A DNA stretch of 64,000 bases from Octopus sinensis (lineage: Eukaryota). The DNA lies in the NCBI RefSeq assembly GCF_006345805.1, contig NC_043026.1:7378001-7442000 (forward strand), in the 5' to 3' direction. The position numbers and the translations under genes were made by a program. Below are positions 27,018 to 39,406 of the stretch, in pieces (within the stretch, counting starts at the first letter, position 1; each line of letters opens with the position of its first letter). A model generated the notes under the pieces. It was not told the DNA's origin, did not search any database, and saw only the letters and a list, made by a program, of their open reading frames with translations.

Positions 27018-28736
27018 AACAACAAACAAGATGAGGACAAATATCCGTCGAATGTAAATAACGTAAATAATTCTTCATCTCTTAAATATAGAACTGTATT
27101 ACAAAGAGTAAGTCCCGGGGGTCGATTTGACTGCGGCCATGCTGGGGCACCGGCTAAAGGCGGTGCTCCAGCATGGCCGCAGTCAAATGACTGGAACAAG
27201 TAAAAGAATAAAATAAAAGGACGTGTGTGTGTGTGGGTGGGTGTTTTCCCCACCCACCCACTCGTTTAACAACCTGTGTTGGTGTGTCTATGTCCCCCGC
27301 AATTCTTAGCGGTTCGGCAAAAGCGTTCGATAAAATAACAGGCTTAAAAGTACTGGGCCGAGGGGGGGGTCGATTCATTCGACAAAAAAAAAAAGCTTCG
27401 AGGCGGTGCTCCAGCATGGCCACAGTCAAGTCACTATGAAACAAATAATAGGAAAAAAAGGATAAAAGATGACAACAGAACGGGTTGTTTGTTGATGAGT
27501 GACATTGCTAGAAATGGCAGCCAAATCTCTCCCAAATCACATCCTACAGCCTTAAAAATAGCAAAAATAAGACTGTATGGTCATGTTTGGAACGTCCGGT
27601 TCGTCCCGTACGGATGCCGCCGTCCCCGCCCTCATCACTACGACGGCCAAGATGCTTACGACTACTCCTACTACTACTCTCACGGTCCCTCCTACCACGG
27701 CGGCTTTTATCACTCCGACCATCAGCGTCATCATCATCATCATCATAAAGAATAAACAGCATGTGACGTTACCTCCTACCACGGAGTCTTTTATCACTCC
27801 GACCACCCCCAACAATACTACTGCTCCTACTACCACATTGTCATCTACTACTCCTACCACTAACCGGCAGTAGTTGGGAGTGAGAGAGACAGAGAGAGAA
27901 AGACACATAGAAAGAGAGAGGGAGGAGTGAGAAAGATAGACGTTGCTACCTAACACATCTTTTACTACTTCTACCACTCCTACCATCATCATCATCATTA
28001 TCATTATCACAATGAATATATCGTCGTTGTCACTGCTACCACTATGATGTCAAGTACTCCTGCTACTACTAGGACGAGCTTGTGACGTTGCCTCCTACCA
28101 CGACAGCTTTTGTCACACCGGTGCTACTACTTCTAAGTTATCTACTACTACTACCACCACCACAACCACCATCATCACCATCATCCTGACACTAATATCA
28201 CACGCCTCCTACTACCACGATTTGTCTCCTATTACCACTACCATCGTTATTACCATCACCACCACCATCAGCTCTACAAGACGTACTACTACTACTACTA
28301 CTACTACTATTACTACAACAACTACTACTACTACTACTGCTACTGTTACTACAACTGCTGCTGCTACTGTTACTATTACTACTACTTCTGCTACTGTTAC
28401 TGTTACTACTACAACTACTACTACTACTACTGCTGCTGCTGTACCGCTTTCTGTCGCATCAACATATCCCGAATGGCATCATGGGAAAATACATAACTAG
28501 TTGCTATATATAATATACACCCGTTAACGGTTGTATATATTGTGATATATATACACATATATAAATATAAATATATATATATGTGTCTTTTTCTTTTTAC
28601 TCGTTACAGGCATTAGACTGCGGCCATGCTGGAGCACCGCCGTGAAGAGTTTCAGTCGAGACGAATCGACCTGTTATTTTTTTTAAAGCCCTGTACTTGT
28701 TCTATCGGACTTCTCTTGCCGAACCGCTAAGTTCTT

Positions 28737-28830
28737 CCTGTGCCAACTTGAGGCACTCCTCCACAATGTGTGCCACTGTTGCATTCCAAGTTCCACAAGC
28801 TCTACATTTTTCTGACACATTCTCACCATT
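28737..28830 (-). mobile_element. R4/Dong-type LINE fragment, CCHC zinc knuckle
   Basis: Translates to EKCRACGTWNATVAHIVEECLKLAQE (C-x2-C-x8-H-x4-C). Confidence 0.7.
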
Positions 28831-29205
28831 ATTATTATTACTCTTTTACTTGTTTCAGTCATTTGACTGCGGCCATGCTGGAGCACCGCCTTTAATCGAG
28901 CAAATCAACCCCGGGACTTATTCTTTTTGTAAGCCCAGTACTTATTCTATCGGTCTCTTTTGCCGAACCGCTAAGTGACGGGGACGTAAACACACCAGCA
29001 TCGGTTGTCAAGCAATGCTAGAGGGACAAACACACACATACATATATACGACAGGCTTCTTTCAGTTTCCGTCTACCAAATCCACTCACAAGGCATTGGT
29101 CGGCCCGGGGCTACAGTAGAGGACACTTGCCCAAGATGCCACGCAGTGGGACTGAACCCGGAACCGTGTGGTTGGTTAGCAAGCTACTTACCACACAGCC
29201 ACTCC
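28831..29205 (-). mobile_element. SINE family A
   Basis: Near full-length reverse copy. Confidence 0.9.
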
Positions 29206-29209
29206 TATT

Positions 29210-29760
29210 TCTTTTTATCACATGTTTTGTTGGAACTCCTGGAGTCTTGCATGCATGGTGGGTTTACTACCTGCAGCCTACGGTACCATGCTATCCGTTC
29301 TTTTCAGCTTTCTAATACTCTCCTTTATTATTCTGGCCATGTGCCAATGAGACAAACCTTTTGTAACAGTTCTACTGGGCATTCTATTCCAATTTCCTTT
29401 ATATTCCCCGTGATCCCTTCTGATACTGTCCCCAAAGACCCAACAATAATTGGCACTATCTTCACCTGCTCCATTTTCCATAACCACGCTATTTCGTACT
29501 TAAGAGGGTTGTATCTATTTTTCTTTTCGCCTTCCTCCTTGACTGTTCGTGGGTCAAAGAAGAATGCAACATCAACTATATCGCACATGTGGTGCACCTT
29601 GTCCACCACCCCAAGGTCCGGTCTGTTGTGCTCCACCACCTGATCTGTTTGGATGGCGAAATCCCAGACGGTTTTGCAAGTTCCCAACTCCGCCACTCAT
29701 ACCACGTCTTATCTGAGTTTTTCTTCTATTTTGTTTTGTTTCTATTTCTTTCTGTCTGCC
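29210..29760 (-). mobile_element. R4/Dong-type LINE 3' end with restriction-like endonuclease domain
   Basis: WDFAIQTD..HNRPD..DV..EK..Y..L..EI..LW...VPIIVGSLG...LQKVCLIGT then ARIIRRVLES-stop (frameshifted). Confidence 0.85.
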
Positions 29761-29894
29761 TGACACATAAGGACAAATACACTCATTGTATACAGTGTAA
29801 AACCATTAGATTAAACACCCCACGTTGTTCATTTTCATGTGAAAAAAAAGAAAAAAACTTCACAAGGGTTGTAATTATTCTTATAGCAACAATC

Positions 29895-30165
29895 ATCATC
29901 ATCGTTTAACGTCCGCTTTCCATGCTAGCATGGGTTGGACGATTTGACTGAGGTCTGCAAACCAGATGGCTGCACCAAGCTTCAGTCTTGATCTGGCAGA
30001 GTTTCTACAGCTGGATGCCCTTCCTAACGCCAACCACTCCGAGAGTGTAGTGGGTGCTTTTATATGCCACCGGCACAGGGCTAGTCAGGCAGCACTGGCA
30101 ACGACCTCGCTCGAATCTTTTACATATGCCACCGGCGCGGGTGCCAGTTAGGCGATGCTGGTTAC
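29895..30165 (-). mobile_element. Retroposon family C
   Basis: Reverse copy. Confidence 0.85.
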
Positions 30166-30256
30166 GGGTGCGCATATGTGAGAGAAAATATGTGTGTGTG
30201 TGTGTGTGAGTATGCATGAAAGAGGCATGGCTTGAAGACCATTGCAGCCAAGGATC

Positions 30257-30431
30257 TTTCTTAAAATGAAATCCCACTTGAAAGGAACAAGATTTCAAAA
30301 TGTCAAAGAGGATGTGACAAGGCAGATGCTCCCTACCCCCCAAAAAGGGGTTCCAGGAATTCTTCCATCAATGGAAATGGTTTTGGGAAAAGAGTGTGGC
30401 TTCAGAAGAGGACATCATTGAGGGAGATTAA
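30257..30431 (+). mobile_element. Mariner transposase C-terminal relic
   Basis: FLKMKSHLKGTRFQ...FQEFFHQWKWFWEKSVASEEDIIEGD-stop matches the mariner C-terminal pattern LKG.RF...W..RW.KCV...GDY.EG. Confidence 0.7.
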
Positions 30432-30588
30432 ATAATGAATTGATGTGGGTTGGAGTTTTGTTTTTATAGCCCCAATCCTGATATTTTTTGGTCATACGGA
30501 GATCTTGAGAACATCCTCAAATGAGACCATGGCAACTTTGCCTCTTTTAACAACAAAGAGAAGGAAAATCTCTCAAGAACTACTCATA

Positions 30589-30995
30589 GGCGCAGGAGTG
30601 GCTGTGTGGTAAGTAGCTTGCTAACCAGCCACATGGTTCCGGGTTCAGTCCCACTGCGTGGCATCTTGGGCAAGTATCTTCTACTATAGCTCCGGGCCGA
30701 CCAATGCCTTGTGAGTGGATTTGGTAGACGGAAACTGAAAGAAGCCTGTCGTATATATGTATGTGTGTGTGTATATGTTTGTGTGTCTCTGTTTGTCCCC
30801 CTAGCATTGCTTGACAACCGATGCTGGTGTGTTTACCTCCCCGTAACTTGGCGGTTCAGCAAAAGAGACCGATATAATAAGTACTGGGCTTACAAAGAAT
30901 AAGTCCCGGGGTCGATTTGCTCGACTAAAGGCGGTGCTCCAGCATGGCCGCAGTCAAAATGACTGAAACAAGTAACAGAGTAAAAGAGAGAGAGT
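30589..30995 (+). mobile_element. SINE family A
   Basis: Full-length copy. Confidence 0.9.
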
Positions 30996-31633
30996 ATACC
31001 GAGAGATGAGGTATTTAAAGTTAGAGCCTTGTTCTATGAATTCATTGTGCTGTGTTCCTTTATGAAATGATATTACAGCCTCCTGGGTCTGCAAGAATCG
31101 TGGGATCCGTTCCTGCCTCTTGAACCCAGCAATTAAACGAAAATAAATACCCCCCTCTCTCTCTCTCTTTCTAAAACAAATACTTTCAAATAACCGTTTT
31201 CCTCTCTCTCTCTCTCTCTCAAATATTTTCGTCCCCCTCCCTCTCTCTCAAATACTTAACCCTTCGTTTCTCCTAATTACTTCTCCCTCCCTCCCTCTCT
31301 CAAATACTTCCTCCTTCTGACTTTCCTCTCAAATATAGTCACCCTTCCTCCCCACTCTCTCTCTCTCTCAAGTACTTTCCTCCCTCCTCTCTCTTAAATA
31401 CTTTCATCCACCCACCCACCCCCATATTTCTCAAATACTTTCCTCCCTCCTTCTCCCCCCTCTCTCTGCCTTTCTCTTTTTCTGTCTGTCAGAAATATAC
31501 TCATCCTTCCTCTCACTTTCCCCTCCCTCTCATATACTTTTGTTTTTTCTTTCCCTTATCCCGCTCTCTTCGTCCTTTCGTTTTCTCTCTCTCTCTCTTT
31601 CCTCCTCCTCCTCCCCATCTATAACTCTGTATA

Positions 31634-31703
<70 letters not shown>

Positions 31704-31715
31704 CATATATAGATA

Positions 31716-31976
31716 CACTCGAAAGCTGACGTAGCGTTTCAGCGACGAGATCTCGCCTAACGAACGTGAAAACCGGAACTCGCTTTCCCTCCACTGCACC
31801 TTTCACTCTCACCACTTACTCTCACTACCACTTCCAGCCGCCCCTCACTCACTGCTGCTAACGTCCTCACTCTCACGCCTCTCGAGTCGCGGAAGCAGCG
31901 ACCGTCACTACAGCCTCTACTCCCACCGCTACTCACCTCCACTCACTGGAGTTGTTGTTGTTGTTGCGACGGGACG
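31716..31976 (+). promoter_or_regulatory. CpG-rich promoter/5' UTR of SEC11
   Basis: CpG-dense unique sequence directly before the start codon, with an ETS-like ccggaa at about 31773. Confidence 0.6.
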
Positions 31977-32036
31977 ATGATGGGTTTCTTAGACATGGAT
32001 TTCCTCGACGATGTCAGACGGATGAACAAGCGACAG
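31977..32036 (+). CDS. SEC11: Signal peptidase complex catalytic subunit SEC11, exon 1
   Basis: MMGFLDMDFLDDVRRMNKRQ, donor cag|gtaa (human SEC11A: MLSLDFLDDVRRMNKRQ). Confidence 0.93.
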
Positions 32037-32871
32037 GTAAACCACACGGCTTTTTACGGGTCTAAACGTGCGGCCCCAAGCCCCTCCTTTCTACAAACGA
32101 TAACCTCCATCTAACGGACCTTCTCTGTGATCAAACGTGTTCCAGCTGTGACCATCGCCTCTGTATTCTCTGTTTGTTCTCATATGTAAGGGCATAACTG
32201 TACTTTAGTGCCCCACCGATTTTTCTTACAATTTTCATTATGGTTGTTGGTTGTTCTCATATGTAGGGGCATAACTGTACTTTAGTGCCCCACCGATTTT
32301 TTTTTCATAATTTTTATTATAATCGTTGGACTTTGCTGAATAATCCACGTTTTGTAAAGAAATTTTACACAGAAATACATTTTTGAGGATCTTGATTACG
32401 ATTGTGGAAATAATCTTTTTTTTAAATGTTTTTTTGCGACAATTCTCATCTCTTCCGAATTTTTGTTCCTTCATGATTCTTCTTGTGCATATATTTAAAC
32501 GTTATTTTGCAAAAAATATGGTTTTGAGGGTTTAGGTTACGAAATATTGGTTTACCAAGCAATAAACATATTAGGAAAAAAAGTGATAAATGCTAGAATT
32601 ACGGAAGTAGTTGTAAGTCGGTGAGGAACTTAGGACAGAGGAAGAACAACCGGAACTGCCCCCCAAACACACAAACCAGAATTTTCCTTCTAAATTTTAC
32701 CATCATAATCGTAATCTACGCCCTCGAAAATGTATCTTTACAAAATGTCATTTAAAAACATCCACTATAAAGAGAAATATGAAAATGCAAAATTTCTGGG
32801 GCACTAATCTGTAGGTATGCCTCACATATAAATGTAATGTGTGTGTATGTATGTATATATATGTATGTATG

Positions 32872-32903
<32 letters not shown>

Positions 32904-33360
32904 GGTAGTGAAATAAACACTTAAGAAACCTGTGCTTGTCCATTTCAGTTCTGTAAAGATTTGACTGTTATTTTTAGCATGTGAAATTGCCACATAAGGG
33001 ATTTGTTTCTCCCAGGGACTGAGTTCCATCGATTATGAGGGAGTTGTTGCCTGCTCTTTCCACCATGTCAACCCTTTGACCACGCAGGTGTATTTATTGT
33101 TGGTGTTTAATGTTTAATTAGCCCTTGGCAGCTCGGTAAATGATCCAGTCCTGCAGAGAGACTTCTGTTCAGAGGTATTGTATTCCGGCCGTGACTATCC
33201 CGACATTTACAGGTGTCCGTTCAGACCAAATTATTCATACGGTGCAGCTTTTTTCTTATTTTAAATAACTGCGTTGTTTGAAGGATGTTTAGCACCTGTC
33301 TCTCACCTGTGAACCGGCCACGTTGAGATTCCACTGAACCATATGTTATTGTAGACATAC

Positions 33361-33394
<34 letters not shown>

Positions 33395-33410
33395 GCATGC
33401 CGCATACATA

Positions 33411-33450
<40 letters not shown>

Positions 33451-33544
33451 CGGACTGGCCAGCTTGCTCGATGGCAAGTGGGTCCCTGCGCAATTAGAAT
33501 CTATATATGGGGGCACATGTTAGTATCTAACGGACCCATTTCCT

Positions 33545-33960
33545 CTAGTTTACTCTCTTTACTCTTTTACTTGTTTCAGTCATTTGACTGCGGCCATGCT
33601 GGAGCACCGCCTTTAGTCGAGCAAATCGGCTCCGGGACTTATTCTTTGTAAGCCCAGTACTTATTCTATCGGTCTCTTTTTGCCGAACCGCTAAGTGACG
33701 GAGACGTAAACACACCCACATCGGTTGTCAAGCAATGCTAGGGGGACAAACACACACACACGCATATATATTATATATATATATACTTACATATACGACA
33801 GGCTTCTTTCAGTTTCCGTCTACCAAATCCACTCACAAGGCATTGGTCGGCCCGGAGCTATAGCAGAAGACACTTGCCCAAGATGCCACGCAGTGGGACT
33901 GAACCCGGAACCATGTGGTTGGTTAGCAAGCTACTTACCACACAGCCACTCCTGTGCCTA
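33545..33960 (-). mobile_element. SINE family A (SEC11 intron 1)
   Basis: Full-length reverse copy. Confidence 0.9.
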
Positions 33961-34219
33961 GTTTGAGAATTTTTTATTCACTCCTGGGAAAATTCATTAA
34001 TTATTTCCGCCAGGCTGTGTTTGTAGACATTTGAAAAGAATACTTTTAACAAAACAAAAAGAAATTAAATGATAGCCTTGTAGTTGTGTGTGCCCCCCCC
34101 CTTAGTCTCCTGGCAACCAGTATTTTTAGACCCAGCCCACCACTATGTATATATATAACGGAGAGGGTTACAAAAGCCCTTACATGCTTAGAAATAGCAG
34201 TCAAAGCTGCTATAAAATT

Positions 34220-34600
34220 AGTGGCTGTGTGGTAAGTAGCTTGCTTACCAACCACATGGTTCAGGGTTCAGTCCCATTGCATGGCACCTTGGGCAAGTGT
34301 CTTCTACTATAGCCTCGGGCTGACTAAAGCTTTCAGAGTGGATTTGGTAGACGGAAACTGAAAGAAGCTTGTCGTATATATATATGTGTGTATATTTGTG
34401 TGTCTGCGTTTTCCCCCCCCCCCCCAACATCTTGTGACAACCGATGCTGGTGTGTTTACGTCCCCGTAACTTAGCAGTTCAGCAAAAGAGACCGATAGAA
34501 TAAGTACTAGGCTTCCAAAGAATAAGTCCTGGGGTCGATTTACTCGACTAAAGGCAGTGATCCAGCATTGCCACAGTCAAATGACTGAAACAAGTAAGAG
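34220..34600 (+). mobile_element. SINE family A (SEC11 intron 1)
   Basis: Forward copy. Confidence 0.85.
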
Positions 34601-35274
34601 AGATAATCACTCATTTTTCTCTCCATAGCGTTATTGTGGAGAGAAAAATCTGAGTGATTATGGTGGTCTTAGAGCAGTTTTGACTGCTATTTCTAAGCAT
34701 GTGATGGTTTTTGTAACCCTCTTTGTTGAAATTATGATTTAATCATAGTTATAAACACTCTCTTTATATATTTATTTGATAGCCTACCTGGTCATTGATT
34801 TATTCAATAACAATTTTTAATTGTTTATGAGATATCCTTTGTAATGTAAGTTTTACATTCTCTTCTTATATGTATATATATATATATTATATGTAGAAAA
34901 ATACAAGCTGGGACAAGAACATAAAACATTTAGAAGACGATACAAAAAACACGGACGGGACATTCGAAGCCTTCAATCTTCAGTCAAGAACCGGATCATC
35001 CTAGCAATTTTGGCTGATTAATCTTGAGATTGCTCCGATCCGGCCAGCCCCAAGGAAAAACTAAGCTACGAGCATTAGATTTCTTGGAAGAAGGATTGAA
35101 TGTATACGAAACAGGGACAGAAAAACGGACGATGCCACACGAATATAAATACAAAAAACAATAATAGTAATAACAGGACAAAAACAGCAGGTGTCTTACG
35201 ACTAATAAACAGTACAACAAGTTTAGCTTGTATATATATATATATACACATACATATGTACATATATATATATA

Positions 35275-35600
35275 CATCATCATCATTATCATTGCCGTTT
35301 AACATCCGTTCTCCATGCTAGCACTGCTTGGACGGTTCGACCGGGGATCTGGGAAGCCAGAAGGCTGCACCAGGCTCCGGTCTTATCTGGCAGTGTTTCT
35401 ACAGCTGGATGCCCTTCCTAATGCCAACCACTCCGCGAGTGTAGTGGGTGCTTTTTACGTGTCACCTGCACAGGTGCCAGGCGAGGCTGGCAACGGCCAC
35501 GATTCGGATGGTGCTTTTTATGTGCCACTGGCACGGAAGCCAGTCGAGGTGACGCTGGCATCGGCCACAATTCGGATAGCGCTTTTTACATACCAATAGT
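35275..35600 (-). mobile_element. Retroposon family C
   Basis: Reverse copy. Confidence 0.85.
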
Positions 35601-35626
35601 CCAGGGGTCCTGGCGACTGCTGGGTG

Positions 35627-35661
<35 letters not shown>

Positions 35662-35772
35662 TTAAATAAAATTAAAAATTGGTCTGGTTTTCACATTTTT
35701 TATTATGCTATTTTAACATTAAAAAAAATATAATTTGTAATGCTCATAAAGTAAAATTAGCACTTTCATACT

Positions 35773-37132
35773 CGGAGCCATTATAGCTGGTCCAGTCTGT
35801 CCTACACATCGTCTGAGCAACCTCCTTGACTTCATCCTAAAACCACTTTGTAGTCACATGACCAGTTTCATTTGGGATGACAACAGTTTCCTGTCACATC
35901 TGCTCAAAACAGCAGAATCCACTTTGCTGTTAGTTTTTGATGTAATAAACTTATATAGGCGCAGGAGTGGCTGTGTGGTAAGTAGCTTGCTAACCAACCA
36001 CATGGTTCCGGGTTCAGTCCCACTGCGTGGCATCTTGGGCAAGTGTCTTCTGCTCTAGCCTCGGGCCGACCAAAGCCTTGTGAGTGGATTTGGTAGACGG
36101 AAACTGAAAGAAGCCTGTCGTATGTATGTATGTATATATGTGTGTCTGTGTTTGTCCCCCTAGCATTGCTTGATAACGGATGCTGGTGTGTTTACGTCCC
36201 CGTCACTAAGTGGTTCGGCAAAAGGGATCGATGGAATAAGTACTGGGCTTACAAAGAATAAGTCCCGGGGTCGATTTGCTCGACTAAAGGCAGTGCCCCA
36301 GCATGGCCGCAGTCAAATGACTGAAACAAGTAAAAGAGTAAAGAGTATACAAACATTTTGGAATTTCTGCCCTAAAATATTGGGTCAAGAAACATAGAGA
36401 AGGGATCCCCAATAGATTTACTGTAACCTTCGTACAAGACGGGGTCAGCCTCTTCTTTGCAAACAATACATGCCTTTCCAACAGAAAAAACTACCCGTGA
36501 ATTCAGTATTGGGATACTTGGAACAAAACCTATATGAAAAAATTGAAGAGAACTACGGAATGACCTTTGGAAGACATATAGAGGACACATGGAATAGATA
36601 TCTCGATGATTGTTTTCTAATTTGAACCAAATCCCTAGAAAATTTGGAAGAATTCAACACCCTCCTCAACAATCTACACCATAGTCTTAAATTCACAAGT
36701 GAAATGAGCCCCACACAATTCCCATTTCTTGACATAATGCTAATTAAAAACACCACCATAATCACAACTGATTTGATGTGTTTAATATATTTAATGTGTC
36801 TAATTTAGTTATCCCCAAAATTGCTTCTCTGTATGTACAGGGGTGGGCCAAAAGTAGGTTTACAGTTATATTGGCACTTTAAATTTCTTTTAAAGCATTT
36901 TATTACATTTAAATTTCTATCTTACAAACTGAAAAGGGAGCTTGACAAAATTAACTAAATTAGCAGAGAATAATGGTTTCATATTATTTTATAATTAAGA
37001 TCTAAATTGTTAATATATGAATGTGAAAGAGAGATGGTTGAATAACTGTAAAACCTACTTGTGATATTTATCACAAAAGCACAGATAGACACCTGTACCT
37101 AAATTTCAAATCGTGCCACCCAACACGAACTG
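35773..37132 (+). mobile_element. Penelope-like element reverse transcriptase relic, interrupted twice
   Basis: IIAGPVCPTHRLSNLLD...FDVINLY | TNI...KYW...WNRYLDDCF...LN.LH..LKFT.E...FPFLDI...TTD | IYHKSTDRHLYLNFKSCHP. These are PLE RT motifs in order. Confidence 0.85.
35958..36345 (+). mobile_element. SINE family A nested in the PLE relic
   Basis: TATA target duplication at 35954-35957 and 36346-36349 splits the codons for LY|TN. Confidence 0.92.
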
Positions 37133-37557
37133 CAAAAGCAGAAATTTGATCTACTGCCGAGGCCCCTTTTGGGGTCGATTAAATAAGTACCAGTTGCATA
37201 CTGGGGGTCAATGTAATTGACTCAATCCCTTTGTCCTTGCTTGTTCCTCTATGTTTAGCCCCTTTACTCTTTTACTCTTTTACTTGTTTCAGTCATTTGA
37301 CTGCGGCCATGCTGGAGCACTGCCCAGGGTGTCATGCAGTGGGACTGAACCCGGAACCATGTGGTTCGTAAGCAATCTACTTACCACAGCGCCACTCCTA
37401 CGCTTGTGGGCAATAAAGAAATAAACATTAGCCGGGGTACACGCAGGGGCCTGTCTTGATGTCGGTTCGTCCGGTGTCTTCCGTTGTTGTCATTAATTAA
37501 TTAATTAACACTAACAGTAACAATTATTTCTAACAACTAATTATTTTCTCCTTTCAG

Positions 37558-37667
37558 CTTTATTACCAAGTGTTAAACTTTGCTATGATTGTGTCGTCGG
37601 CCCTGATGATTTGGAAAGGTTTGATGGTGGTCACTAGCAGCGAAAGCCCTATTGTTGTCGTTCTCAG
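37558..37667 (+). CDS. SEC11: SEC11 exon 2
   Basis: ttcag|[36 protein letters not shown]+AG|gtgag. Confidence 0.97.
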
Positions 37668-37966
37668 GTGAGTTGCTGATGTGGTGAACTGATCTTCCTG
37701 GATAGAAAGATAGTCTGCTTTAGGTAACTTTCCCTGTTTGGAATGGCTTTAGAGAAGGAAGTCTAGTCAACTTAGATAGGCAAATAGAATTGTTTCTCCT
37801 GCCCCCAGTATATGAATATTGTATGTATACACCCATATACAGACACACATACAGACACACACACATTTATGCAGACATACAAACATATTATCTCACACCC
37901 ACACAGTCCAAAATAGAACACAGGGGCACTTGTTCCTCCAGTCTCTCTGAATCAACCTCATATTTG

Positions 37967-37999
<33 letters not shown>

Positions 38000-38200
38000 A
38001 ATCTTCCAGGACTGAATGTAACACATTGTCATCTTCCATTATTTGTTTTCTTTCTTCTCAAACTGCACCCCCTCCTTCTTGCACTCGTCTCCCCCACCCC
38101 TCTTGTATTCGTTCCTCCCTTGCACTCACCTCCTTCCCTGACACTCATCATTCTCCCTCTCGCACTCATCTCTCTCCTTCCCCTCTCACACTCGTCTTCC

Positions 38201-38284
38201 CCCTCTTATCTCCACTCTCTCTCCTTCCCCCTCTTATCTCCACTCTCTCTCCTTCCCCCTCTTATCTCCACTCTCTCTCCCTCC
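38201..38284. repeat. 28-bp tandem repeat x3 within a ~300-nt pyrimidine tract before SEC11 exon 3
   Basis: ccctcttatctccactctctctccttcc at 38201, 38229 and 38257. Confidence 0.85.
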
Positions 38285-38330
38285 CCACCACACTCCTCTC
38301 ATTAACCCTCCACCTTCTACTCCCTTCCAG

Positions 38331-38480
38331 TGGCAGTATGGAGCCAGCCTTCTACAGAGGAGACCTGCTCTTTCTCACCAATTACCAAGAGGAACCGATT
38401 CGTGTTGGAGACATTGTCGTGTTCAAAGTCGAGGGCCGAGACATTCCGATTGTACACAGAGTCTTAAAAGTACATGAAAA
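38331..38480 (+). CDS. SEC11: SEC11 exon 3 (catalytic Ser and His)
   Basis: ttccag|[16 protein letters not shown]...[24 protein letters not shown]+AA|gtaag. Confidence 0.98.
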
Positions 38481-38759
38481 GTAAGTTTACAAACTTCTGC
38501 TTGGGACATGCCATATTACAGGTATTGGTGAGGTGAATCCCCCCTCCCACTCCTTGTCACAAGGTGTATTACAGACACTGGTGGATCCTGCTTACAGCCT
38601 GTTAGACTGAGCTGTTGAGTACACCAATATATATTTGTCTTTTGGTATATGCAACAGGAGCAGTATTAGATCAAAATGGTCATCTGTATATCATATCTAA
38701 AGAAAATGTCTTCACAAGGTAAAGAAAGGCTTCACTCAACATTTCTCTACTCAAAATCA

Positions 38760-39050
38760 AATCAGATGGAAATTGTAGTTGTGGCTGATGCCAGTGCCAC
38801 CTGACTGGTTCCCCATCCTGGTGGCATGTAAAAAGCACCATCTGAACGTGGCTGATGCCTGTGTCACTGGCACTTTAAAAGCACCCACTACACTCTCGGA
38901 GTGGTTGACGTTAGGAAGGGCATCCAGTTGTAGAAACTCTGCCAAATCATACTGGAGCCTAGTGTGGCCTCCTGGCTTGCCACACCTCAGTCAAATCGTC
39001 CAACCCATGCCAGCATGGAAAGCGGACGTTAAACGATGATGATGATGATG
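38760..39050 (+). mobile_element. Retroposon family C
   Basis: Forward copy ending in (GAT)n. Confidence 0.85.
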
Positions 39051-39175
39051 TTATATATATCTACACATATAAATTCATTGTCCATCATCTGAAAGTTTCC
39101 AACTTTTGCATATATACATATTTTATATTTAATGTGTCTAATTTAGTTATCCCCAAAATTGCTTCTCTGTATGTA

Positions 39176-39406
39176 CAGGGGTGGGCCAAAAGTAGGTTTA
39201 CAGTTATATTGGCACTTTAAATTTCTTTTAAAGCATTTTATTACATTTAAATTTCTATCTTACAAACTGAAAAGGGAGCTTGACAAAATTAACTAAATTA
39301 GCATAGAATAATGGTTTCATATTTTTATAATACAGATCTAAATTGTTAATATATGAATGCGAAAGAGATGGTTGAATAACTGTAAACCTACTTCTGGGCC
39401 ACCCTA
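39176..39406. mobile_element. Tc1/mariner-type MITE
   Basis: TIRs caggggtgggccaaaagtaggtttacagtt / aactgtaaacctacttctgggcccaccct, with TA on the left. Confidence 0.75.

Noticed and set aside
34902-35232. Second hammerhead-like motif (minus strand ctgaaga...cgaa) in an element with short tacaagct/agcttgta ends
   Set aside because: The GAAA box is broken (cgaatg) and I find no valid stem I or II. At most it is an unclassified repeat.
37790-38330. ORFs of 152-171 aa extending SEC11 exon 3 upstream
   Set aside because: This is a low-complexity intronic pyrimidine tract. The exon boundary at 38331 restores the canonical SEC11 sequence.
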